IMG/VR virus record: IMGVR_UViG_3300013383_000017 | Coordinates: 32,001-96,000 of that record | Strand: one strand, 5' to 3' | DNA: 64,000 nt | DNA from: a virus | Lineage: Duplodnaviria; Caudoviricetes | Shown here: positions 8,148 through 16,013 of the stretch, piece after piece | Numbering within the stretch: position 1 is the stretch's first letter | How the letters are laid out: each line of letters begins with the position of its first letter | Program-made: the position numbers and the translations under genes | Notes under the pieces: generated by a model | What the model saw: the letters and a program-made list of their open reading frames with translations, nothing else | The model's database searches: none | What the model was told of the DNA's origin: nothing

Positions 8148-8539
8148 ATCCTAAACCAATTTGCTAAATCGTTATACCCCATTACTCTTAATATATTCTG
8201 CAATTCGTGTACGGATGCAAAAGTTGCTACCTCATTACTGCCATGCCACATATTATCGATAGATGAGAAAATAACATAAATGTCCGCATTGAGTTCTTTT
8301 TTGATGAAAATTGGTTCACTACATGTCCAATAATCAATACACTTAATTAAATTCTTATCTAATATATCAGGAGTAACAACTATTTTACCGACTTTCTCGA
8401 TAGGGACATCCTCGATAGCATTTATTGTTTCTATCGCTATGTAATTTTTATTTATTCCCTCGACCTTTCCGTATAGATAATTAGATGTCATTGTTTCAAA
8501 TTCCACCCAATCTCCTACCATCAACTCAGTTATTTTCAT
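8144..8539 (-). CDS. Hypothetical protein (LMVGDW...HELQ family)
   Basis: Tandem paralog of 7737..8147. Confidence 0.7.
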   Translation of the reverse strand: MKITELMVGDWVEFETMTSNYLYGKVEGINKNYIAIETINAIEDVPIEKVGKIVVTPDILDKNLIKCIDYWTCSEPIFIKKELNADIYVIFSSIDNMWHGSNEVATFASVHELQNILRVMGYNDLANWFRI

Positions 8540-8621
8540 CTGTTATCTTCTGTATTTCCTGTTCATAGCACCAATCTTGCAGTGTGCCAACCATTAACCC
8601 ACCTTGCCTTATTTTCATTTC

Positions 8622-8891
8622 TTAACCCTCCGAATTCGGTGTGTTTAACCTCTCATATTTTAGTTCATCTATCTCTCCATCCCAAACCTTTCCATCTTTT
8701 GTTTCAATATTATCATCTTCGTTGTAATGCCAACAATTGGGGCAATACCACTTACCACCTCTTTCTGTCCAATCAGAGTTCTCTGCATTAAACTTTGCTC
8801 CATCTTTATCCGAAGTCCAATACTCATCGTTAAGTATTTCTCCACAACAATCACATCTCATATTGAAGAAGTATTCTCTTATTATTCCCAT
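8622..8891 (-). CDS. Zn-finger protein
   Basis: CDCCG...WYCPNC. Confidence 0.7.
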   Translation of the reverse strand: MGIIREYFFNMRCDCCGEILNDEYWTSDKDGAKFNAENSDWTERGGKWYCPNCWHYNEDDNIETKDGKVWDGEIDELKYERLNTPNSEG

Positions 8892-8895
8892 ATCC

Positions 8896-8958
8896 CTATT
8901 TCTTTAATTCTTCGATAAGTGCATCGGCTAATTTTATAGCACCTCTTGCAGTAGTGTT
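8896..8958 (-). pseudogene. Orphan 3' gene fragment (...ARGAIKLADALIEELKK*)
   Basis: Recognisable C-terminal motif of a common Bacteroidetes phage protein. In-frame TAA at 8965-8967 upstream and no start codon. Confidence 0.5.
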
Positions 8959-9175
8959 ATAATTTTAATTCTATATATGGTAAGCCATCCAAACCCTTAT
9001 ATTCTTTTGCATCTTCAGACCAGTCTACTTCTTCCTTTATCATATCAATTAGATAATCCTTGTCATATCTTGCTATAAGTTGCATTATTACATCTCGTAA
9101 TTCTGCATTGGTTAAATCTTGTGCTCGGACATGGTCAATGATAAGAGTACCATTTATAATGCTTGTTATTTTCAT
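8957..9175 (-). CDS. Hypothetical protein
   Basis: Operon-packed ORF. Confidence 0.6.
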   Translation of the reverse strand: MKITSIINGTLIIDHVRAQDLTNAELRDVIMQLIARYDKDYLIDMIKEEVDWSEDAKEYKGLDGLPYIELKL

Positions 9176-9354
9176 AATATGCTATCTATCCTTTCTTTAA
9201 TGTCATCGACTATAAAATCTTCCAAATCATTTGCAAAGTCACGCAAATACTCATCTATAAAACCTAAATCCTGCGAACTACTATCAATAAACTTTTCATA
9301 TATTGCATCCGAATACTTATCTATAAGCCTATCTTTTGCACTCCAATTACCCAT
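9172..9354 (-). CDS. Small acidic hypothetical protein
   Basis: ORF, likely start MGNWSAK. Confidence 0.55.
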   Translation of the reverse strand: MGNWSAKDRLIDKYSDAIYEKFIDSSSQDLGFIDEYLRDFANDLEDFIVDDIKERIDSIL

Positions 9355-9356
9355 AT

Positions 9357-9731
9357 TTATTCCTCCCATTCGACTTTAATTGGGACTATATAATCTAGAC
9401 CCACTAACATATAATTCGATGCAACTTCTTTTGTGGGGTATATCTCACTATCTGCAATGATGTATTTACCTTTTCTATCTCTATACATATTCACCCACCC
9501 CTCGTGCTTTTCGGGGGCGAAGAATAAATCTAAAGAACTACTCTCTTCAGCATAATATGCCCCATTTGGGTAATAACTCTGTATATATTCCTTTCCCCCA
9601 TTATCAATTAAAGCTATTACTGGAAGATAATTTTTTGCATCCGTGCAAATTATTCTTGCACTTTTACCATCTCTCGTCACGACTTTGCGTGACGGATTGG
9701 CTAAATACTCTTTTAAGTTAAATTGTTTCAT
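9357..9731 (-). CDS. Conserved Bacteroidetes phage hypothetical protein
   Basis: MKQFNLKEYLANPSRKVVTRDGKSARIICTD...DLFF...GWVN pattern. Confidence 0.75.
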   Translation of the reverse strand: MKQFNLKEYLANPSRKVVTRDGKSARIICTDAKNYLPVIALIDNGGKEYIQSYYPNGAYYAEESSSLDLFFAPEKHEGWVNMYRDRKGKYIIADSEIYPTKEVASNYMLVGLDYIVPIKVEWEE

Positions 9732-9734
9732 ATC

Positions 9735-10109
9735 TTATTTTAATTTTATAACTACTCTACTGAAAAAAAGTTTACTTTTATATGTGTAAGAGCAATAACC
9801 AGAGTTAAGACTTACAATCCACATATTAGATGTATCATATTCTGATGAAGATCCATACCAATCTTGAAGTAAATCTCCATTATGTTTTTTAAGAATATCA
9901 TTAATTTCCTCTTTTTGAAGATATATTTGGAGTAATTCTTTTTTTGTAGCAATCTGTATATTATTCTTTTTTGCATGAATTATATAGTCATGATAAGACA
10001 TTTTTGAGACTTGCTTTTTAAGTAGTATTCTATCAATTAACGGAATATAAACTCCTTGTTGTTCTTCAATCCATTGAGGGGCAATTATTTCTTTAAGATT
10101 TTTATTCAT
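9735..10109 (-). CDS. Hypothetical protein (DUF1566-like C-terminus)
   Basis: ATKKELLQIY...WYGSSSEY...WIV. Confidence 0.55.
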   Translation of the reverse strand: MNKNLKEIIAPQWIEEQQGVYIPLIDRILLKKQVSKMSYHDYIIHAKKNNIQIATKKELLQIYLQKEEINDILKKHNGDLLQDWYGSSSEYDTSNMWIVSLNSGYCSYTYKSKLFFSRVVIKLK

Positions 10110-10124
10110 AGACTTATATTATTA

Positions 10125-10520
10125 CTATTCTTTAAAGTATTTATCTGAGAGATTGTTAGCCCACTTTTCAGTATAGAAATGATAATAATCACCTTCTTTG
10201 TGGAATGCAGCATGTATAATTGAAGGAATGCCAATGATGAATAAATACAAAGGTCCTAATATCTTACTTTGTATAGTATGTCCAAATTCATGTTTAATAA
10301 TTCTTTTTTTATATTTGGCATATATTTCTTTATAATATATATCACCTATAAAGATAAAATTACCAATAGTAACTCCTCCTTTCATCCAATAACAATAAGA
10401 CACTATTACACCTTGAACTTTTTGTACTGCCATTTTAGGCATTAAAATATATAGCAATCCCCCAATTATTTCTTGGGGAAGTTGCCATATAATTAGTATT
10501 ATGCTTTTAATAATAGACAT
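10125..10520 (-). CDS. Membrane-associated HExxH metallopeptidase-like protein
   Basis: WQLPQEIIG...KHEFGHTIQS...FYTEKWAN. Paralog of 3373..3816. Confidence 0.7.
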   Translation of the reverse strand: MSIIKSIILIIWQLPQEIIGGLLYILMPKMAVQKVQGVIVSYCYWMKGGVTIGNFIFIGDIYYKEIYAKYKKRIIKHEFGHTIQSKILGPLYLFIIGIPSIIHAAFHKEGDYYHFYTEKWANNLSDKYFKE

Positions 10521-10774
10521 ACTACAATACCAATTAAAATACCTAAAACATTAAATATTACATTATGAACAGTAGCCTTTTTATCTTGATGTTTAAAGGT
10601 AATATCATAACCCTCTTTAAAAGCAGCACAAAATACTGCTACCATAGTACCAGCAATAGGAAACACTGCTGTATCAATTAATGCAAATGTTATAATGATT
10701 GCATAACATACTAAAAAATGCAGCAATCCATCCACTGCTACATATTGTTTAATTTTACTAAAAAATTTTTTCAT
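10499..10774 (-). CDS. Small membrane protein
   Basis: Three hydrophobic segments, DGLLHF...KEGYD motif. Confidence 0.7.
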   Translation of the reverse strand: MKKFFSKIKQYVAVDGLLHFLVCYAIIITFALIDTAVFPIAGTMVAVFCAAFKEGYDITFKHQDKKATVHNVIFNVLGILIGIVVCLLLKA

Positions 10775-10801
10775 ATTATATCATAATAATTATTTAAAAA
10801 T

Positions 10802-11452
10802 TTAACATAAATATCCTATAATTCTAATATCATCATAAGAAGGAAATAAAGTATCAACTATAATATTATCTATTAAATAATAAATAGAAGATATAAAATT
10901 ATCTACTATTAAGTAATCCTCAAGATAATCTTCTTTTACTTCTTTTAAATATTCTATTTCTTCTTTATCTATATCTATTGGTTTTTCTGTTTCTATATTT
11001 AATTTACTAGCCATTTCAGATAGTATTTTATATATAGAATCATATAGATAAGTTAATTTGTAGTATTCTTTACTATTATCATCATATTGCTCTTTTATTT
11101 TATTTCTTTCTTTATTTAATTCTTCTAAAGTGCAATATGAAGAGTAGTATCCTTCTTCTTCTGGTAGTATTACTTTTGCTTCTTCTGATATATCTTTTGG
11201 AAATCCTTTATTACTAAAAGAACTATTTCTAAATAAATCTCTTATTATACCTTGAATATAAAAAGAGTCTGTTTTCTTTAATTTTATATCAGAAGTTGTA
11301 ATATCTGGTGGTATTACTTCTGATATCCATTTTTTCTTTTCTTCATCATAATATGATGTGCTTTTTTCAATATAAGAACTAAAGGTTTTTACGAGATTCC
11401 ATTTACCTTTTTTATCCTTATATTCAATAACATAATGTAAATAAGTACTCAT
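10802..11452 (-). CDS. Hypothetical protein
   Basis: MSTYLHYVIEYK...GFPKDIS...SYCTLEEL...IRIIGYL, a common phage family pattern. Confidence 0.7.
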   Translation of the reverse strand: MSTYLHYVIEYKDKKGKWNLVKTFSSYIEKSTSYYDEEKKKWISEVIPPDITTSDIKLKKTDSFYIQGIIRDLFRNSSFSNKGFPKDISEEAKVILPEEEGYYSSYCTLEELNKERNKIKEQYDDNSKEYYKLTYLYDSIYKILSEMASKLNIETEKPIDIDKEEIEYLKEVKEDYLEDYLIVDNFISSIYYLIDNIIVDTLFPSYDDIRIIGYLC

Positions 11453-11481
11453 TTTTTATTATTTTTATTGTTTATAATTAG

Positions 11482-11566
11482 TGCTCCCAGTGAGACTCGA
11501 ACTCACACGACCATTTCTGATCAAGGGATTTTAAGTCCCTCTTGGCTTCCATTTCAACATGAGAGC
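11482..11566 (-). tRNA. tRNA-Leu (anticodon TAA)
   Basis: GCTCTCA acceptor, AGGGA-CTTAAAA-TCCCT anticodon arm, long variable arm, GTGAG-TTCGAGT-CTCAC T arm, discriminator A, no encoded CCA. Confidence 0.9.
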
Positions 11567-11578
11567 AAGATAAGAAGT

Positions 11579-12019
11579 TTATATATTATTAAAACTTCTT
11601 ATTTCTATAAGTAGATTAGTGTTATCTACTTTTAAAAATTCATATATTATAGTATTATTTTTATTTGATAACCACTCTAAATCTGTGTTTTTATCACCGG
11701 GTATTGTATTACCCCACATTATATTTTCACTATCTATTAATAATAGTGCAGCAGTTGTAGTATGGTCTACACTATTATTATGTTTGTAATACTTTTTAAT
11801 AAAAGTATAGACACTATCATCTGCTACTACTGTTTGTATTTTTAGATAGTTAAGTGCAAATATTGTAGTATTTTCATCTGATGGATACATTATTATATTA
11901 CCATCTTGAATACAATATAAACAAAGAGTGTCTTCTGTATATTCAGCACCCCAACCTTCTTGTGCTTTTCCTATATATATAGATAGAAAAAGTAGTATTA
12001 TTGTTATTATCTTTTTCAT
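11579..12019 (-). CDS. Secreted hypothetical protein
   Basis: Signal peptide MKKIITIILLFLSIYIGKA-QEGW. Confidence 0.65.
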   Translation of the reverse strand: MKKIITIILLFLSIYIGKAQEGWGAEYTEDTLCLYCIQDGNIIMYPSDENTTIFALNYLKIQTVVADDSVYTFIKKYYKHNNSVDHTTTAALLLIDSENIMWGNTIPGDKNTDLEWLSNKNNTIIYEFLKVDNTNLLIEIRSFNNI

Positions 12020-12023
12020 TGTA

Positions 12024-12212
12024 CTAATGTTTTAATTTTGTAATTAGTAATAATATAGGTGAAGATAAAAATAATAAGATATGAGCAAAAACTTTACCTA
12101 TCTTAGGACTATTATACTTTAATGCTGTTTTATTAATAGTAGCAGTAATAATATCAATATTAGTATTGTATATTATAAGACAAATAATAAGATATGTATA
12201 TAAAAGTATCAT
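12024..12212 (-). CDS. Small two-TM membrane protein
   Basis: Two hydrophobic segments. Confidence 0.5.
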   Translation of the reverse strand: MILLYTYLIICLIIYNTNIDIITATINKTALKYNSPKIGKVFAHILLFLSSPILLLITKLKH

Positions 12213-12228
12213 TTTGATATTTTTTTAA

Positions 12229-12316
12229 AAGTTTCCTTACTATTTAGTTTTTCATAGATTAAGATAGGATATATTACAACCAACAAGAACAGAAATATAT
12301 AATAGTAAGGAAACTT
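12229..12316. repeat. Perfect 16-bp inverted repeat around a 56-bp spacer
   Basis: AAGTTTCCTTACTATT (12229-12244) / AATAGTAAGGAAACTT (12301-12316). Confidence 0.8.
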
Positions 12317-12330
12317 AGATATGTATAATA

Positions 12331-12912
12331 CTAAAGAAGTATGCTGGCTTCTTTAATTAGATTATGAAAAGTAAAAGAAAACTGTTTTGCTGTTTTATAA
12401 TCTGGAAAAGACAGCCCATTATAATCTGTATTATTTATATCTGTTTTAATATTAATAATATCATTTTCATAAATTATTTTGTAATTATTCACAGCAGAAT
12501 CTGGTTCTATCCAAGATTCTCTTAGATTCATAAGTTTCATATATGCAATAAATGCCTTGCATAGTTCTTCAGACATTATATTTGCATCTGATAATCCTAA
12601 TTTATAGTTAGAATGCACCTTACGAATATCACAAAACTCAGTAATATAATATTTATCCACTCCTGCTTTTCTCTCACAGTATTCTTCCCAAGATTTTGGT
12701 CTTTCATTGGATTCATACCATTTAATATATTCTTTATTTCTTTTACCCCACACATCATAACCTTGTGGTGTATCCTTAAAAATAAATGCATTTAAAATAA
12801 AACCATTATCATAGTGCAGAACCTCAGCACCATATTTACAATAATTCTCATAAAATTCATTTTTCCATGATTGGTTATCCAACCAATTTAAGATTTGTTT
12901 TTTTGTTATCAT
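12331..12912 (-). CDS. Hypothetical protein, paralog of 13001..13552
   Basis: Likely start MITKKQILNWLD at 12912. Shares KSW.E.C, AY..L..LR..W and NGLSFP with its neighbour. Confidence 0.75.
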   Translation of the reverse strand: MITKKQILNWLDNQSWKNEFYENYCKYGAEVLHYDNGFILNAFIFKDTPQGYDVWGKRNKEYIKWYESNERPKSWEEYCERKAGVDKYYITEFCDIRKVHSNYKLGLSDANIMSEELCKAFIAYMKLMNLRESWIEPDSAVNNYKIIYENDIINIKTDINNTDYNGLSFPDYKTAKQFSFTFHNLIKEASILL

Positions 12913-13000
12913 AATTATATTAAATAAGTAGTATTTTAAGTTTAATATAAAAATATTTATATAGTAAGAGTTTATATTACTCTTACTATAAAATATTTTA

Positions 13001-13552
13001 TTATAAAATAGACTTGGCTTCATCAAGAAGTTCTTCAAAGGTCTTAATAAAGTCACGAGCCATAGTGACAGATGGAAAAGATAATCCATTATAAGTAGCA
13101 GTGGTGAACTTCAAATCATCAAAGCCATTTATAATAGTATATGAGTTATTTTTACATATTATTTTGTAAGACATTACTCTCTTTTCATCTTTAACCCAGT
13201 CATTCCTTAAACAAAGTAATTGTAAGTAAGCAGACAATGCTTTATTATCTACACAATTATTTTCTGGGTATTTATCGCAAAGTTCTGTCCAAGATTTTAC
13301 TCTATCTACAGAGTTTTTATTATACCATGTGATAAATTGATTATTTTTATCTTCCCATTCTAAAGGAGAATGGTATTCATGGTCCAACTCTATTTCTTCA
13401 TTAGTAGCATCATCCCAATTAAATGCACTTCTAATGAAGTTATCATTATATTCTAGAGTAGTTATATTACCTATTCTAGAAATAAGATAGTAAAATCTGT
13501 CTTTCCATGGTTGTATATCAACCCAATGTAGTATTTGTTCCTTTGTTTTCAT
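13001..13552 (-). CDS. Hypothetical protein, paralog of 12331..12912
   Basis: MKTKEQILHWVD...NGLSFP...EAKSIL. Confidence 0.75.
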   Translation of the reverse strand: MKTKEQILHWVDIQPWKDRFYYLISRIGNITTLEYNDNFIRSAFNWDDATNEEIELDHEYHSPLEWEDKNNQFITWYNKNSVDRVKSWTELCDKYPENNCVDNKALSAYLQLLCLRNDWVKDEKRVMSYKIICKNNSYTIINGFDDLKFTTATYNGLSFPSVTMARDFIKTFEELLDEAKSIL

Positions 13553-13553
13553 A

Positions 13554-13982
13554 CTATATATATTTAAATTCTATATCTATAGTACAACTAAAAATAAATG
13601 ATTTATTACTATTTTTATGTTTTAATTCTTTATCTGAAGAGGGCAAAAGAGTTATATTTTTATCTCTATTTTGAGATTTTTTGTAACCCTTTTTAGGTGT
13701 TAAAAATGATTGAGATTTGATAGTCATCTCTAACCCCTTAGGTAGCAATACATTAGGTTCAGTTTTCTCTCTATTCCAAGAGTAACTACCATCAGTATTT
13801 TCTTTAATAATATGCATAAATAGTAATGCTCTTTTAATAGCAACTATTTTATGAGTATTATTAATACCACATTCTTTACATTCTTTAACCCACTTAATAG
13901 TAGTTTTATTATTACCACTATTCTTCATTCTTCTATTAATCTGGGTTAGGAATAGAAGAATGTTTTTTTCATTTTCTGTCAT
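13554..13982 (-). CDS. Basic hypothetical protein
   Basis: Likely start MTENEK at 13982. Confidence 0.6.
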   Translation of the reverse strand: MTENEKNILLFLTQINRRMKNSGNNKTTIKWVKECKECGINNTHKIVAIKRALLFMHIIKENTDGSYSWNREKTEPNVLLPKGLEMTIKSQSFLTPKKGYKKSQNRDKNITLLPSSDKELKHKNSNKSFIFSCTIDIEFKYI

Positions 13983-14370
13983 ATTTATTTTACTTATCTT
14001 TACTGAAAGCATAACTACTGAGAGCATTAGTTGGTGCTGTCAGTATTAATGAGTCTTCAAAAGAAAATCTTAGTACTTTTATCTTTCATTACCTTACCTT
14101 TTCTGATGAAAAAATCTCTCGGAAATAGAGAGAAAAAGAAAAAGAAAGTAACCAAAGAATAAAGAAAAAGAAGAGATTAATTATTATTATTATTTCTTTT
14201 TAAGATACAAGAGGAAGAACTATATTTATAACCCCTTTTTCCCCCTCCTATAAAGAAAGAAATATATAAAGAAAGAAAGAGGGTTCCCCCTTTTTCCCCT
14301 AATTTCTCTTTTTTTCTCTTAGAGTAGTATTATTTTCTCTACTCTAAAGTAGTATTATTGCTCTTATTAA

Positions 14371-14400
14371 TAAAGGGGCAGGATTTCTCCTGCCCCTTTA
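14371..14400 (-). terminator. Strong hairpin terminator
   Basis: TAAAGGGGCAGGA-TTTC-TCCTGCCCCTTTA. Confidence 0.8.
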
Positions 14401-14401
14401 A

Positions 14402-14638
14402 TTATTCTTGGAAGAGGGCATCCAGTTCCTCTGAATGCCACTCTTCCTTTCTGCAATAGCCCGTGTAGAGGACCTTATATCCTCTCTCACGGGCTACCCA
14501 CCAACTGCACTCTTTCTCAAACGAGAAGAGTGCAGCCTCTCTCACTTCGGAGAGAACCTCTTTGAAGTCCTCCCCAGATATACAGCACTCCTGCTGTATA
14601 CCATCGCGGGAAAATCCCGCTATGTAAAATTCATTCAT
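14402..14638 (-). CDS. Small early hypothetical protein
   Basis: GC-rich ORF between two hairpins. Confidence 0.7.
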   Translation of the reverse strand: MNEFYIAGFSRDGIQQECCISGEDFKEVLSEVREAALFSFEKECSWWVARERGYKVLYTGYCRKEEWHSEELDALFQE

Positions 14639-14656
14639 ATATAATCACTTAAAATT

Positions 14657-14683
14657 AAAAGCAGGGATAAATATATCCCTGCT
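14657..14683 (-). terminator. Hairpin terminator
   Basis: AGCAGGGATA-AATA-TATCCCTGCT with a U tract on the minus strand. Confidence 0.75.
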
Positions 14684-14706
14684 ATTATAAACAAACATTG
14701 GTGAGG

Positions 14707-15069
14707 TTAAACCTCACCAATGACATCATTATCTTCTGCGACCTTGCGCAGCAGATAAAAGTTGCCCTGAGGGCTTGATATACCCTCAAAGCATAAAGTA
14801 CCTTCAGCAAAGGCACTTTCCGCACCTTTGCTGAGAATCTGCTCTGCGGCATATGCCGAGCAAAAGCCCAGCACATTGCCACAGACATCTAGGCAAACCA
14901 CCTTGCGCAGTGGCTTGCCTTCAAACAGGACGGCACTTCCGTCCTTGTCGTGATAGACTGGGTACTCTACTTCCCCAGTCTCGTTCCTCCGTGAGAAGAA
15001 CTTAAATCTCACGGAAGATGTCTTCGCAGCCTCCTTGAGGCCTTGAAGAGATAGCAATTTGCTTGCCAT
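14707..15069 (-). CDS. First gene of the leftward block, hypothetical
   Basis: Likely start MASKLL at 15069. GC-rich relative to its flanks. Confidence 0.7.
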   Translation of the reverse strand: MASKLLSLQGLKEAAKTSSVRFKFFSRRNETGEVEYPVYHDKDGSAVLFEGKPLRKVVCLDVCGNVLGFCSAYAAEQILSKGAESAFAEGTLCFEGISSPQGNFYLLRKVAEDNDVIGEV

Positions 15070-15222
15070 GGTACAATAAATTAAATTATCCACAGGGGAG
15101 GGTTCGGATAGTGAATATTCCACTTCCACAAATAAAACAAAAATAAAAAAAAAAATAAAAAAAAATTAAAAATTTTAAAATTAAGATTAGATTAAGTACC
15201 TTTTAATATTTCATTAATACTA

Positions 15223-15253
15223 TTGCATATGTCATTTTTTTTACTTATATTTG
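15223..15253 (+). promoter_or_regulatory. Bacteroidetes sigma70 promoter for the late block
   Basis: TTG...TATATTTG. Spacer nearly identical to 19203-19234. Confidence 0.8.
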
Positions 15254-15545
15254 CCCTGTAAGTTTGAGTTACACAGACTTTATCCCCCTAGGACCAATCC
15301 GCAAGATGAATGGCTAGGGGCTTACAGGGGCGGTCGTTTAATTAATAGACATAGTGAGGACCCCTGACACAAACCGACTATATAAGTATAAGCAATAGTG
15401 ACCCACAGTGTAACTGTGAAAGTCTGAGAGGGAAATGGGTCCATTGGGGCAGAAGCTGAAAAGTTTAAACCGCCTATTGTGAAAGCTAATAGTTAGTCCA
15501 GCAGGTGACTGTATGGTGAGCTAGGTAAAACTGGCTAGGGGATTA
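15254..15545 (+). ncRNA. Candidate large structured RNA / leader
   Basis: ORF-free, GC-rich island with many complementary pairs (see findings). Confidence 0.6.
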
Positions 15546-15568
15546 CTGTATCTAAAAATTAATGAAAT

Positions 15569-16012
15569 ATGAAATATTTTGAATTAGAAGAATTTATAAA
15601 AAGTGATACTGCTAAAAAATACAGTATAGATAATACACCAAGTAAACTAGTTGAGGGGCATATTGTGCAATTAGTTGAAGGGTTGTTAGATCCTATGAGA
15701 GATGCTTGGGCTGATTTTTGTAGAAGAAAGGGTTATATAAGATGTGGTATTAAAGTAACTAGTGGTTATAGATGTCCTACTTTAAATAGTAAGGTGGGGG
15801 GTAAAAGTAATAGTGCTCATTTAACAGGATATGCTGCAGACTTAGTACCTTTGAATGGGGAAACTGAAGTATTTATTTGGTATATACAAAAGTGGTTAAA
15901 AAACAATAATATTATGTTTGATCAGTGTATAGATGAACATAATAAGTGGTTACATATTGCTCTAAAAAATAATAAAGAAGAGCAAAGAAGACAGATTTTT
16001 AAAATTAGATAA
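15569..16012 (+). CDS. Peptidase M15 family endolysin
   Basis: TSGYRC..LN..VGG...SAHL.GYAAD...WLHI. Confidence 0.9.
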   Translation: MKYFELEEFIKSDTAKKYSIDNTPSKLVEGHIVQLVEGLLDPMRDAWADFCRRKGYIRCGIKVTSGYRCPTLNSKVGGKSNSAHLTGYAADLVPLNGETEVFIWYIQKWLKNNNIMFDQCIDEHNKWLHIALKNNKEEQRRQIFKIR

Positions 16013-16013
16013 T

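Noticed and set aside
766-9379. Plus-strand ORFs in the left block, and minus-strand short ORFs inside the late genes
   Set aside because: Antisense shadows of tightly packed genes on the other strand, with no recognisable motifs.
11440-11482. Theta (HDV-like) ribozyme after tRNA-Leu
   Set aside because: The 3' trailer is a short AT-rich stretch leading straight into the next gene, with no room for the fold.
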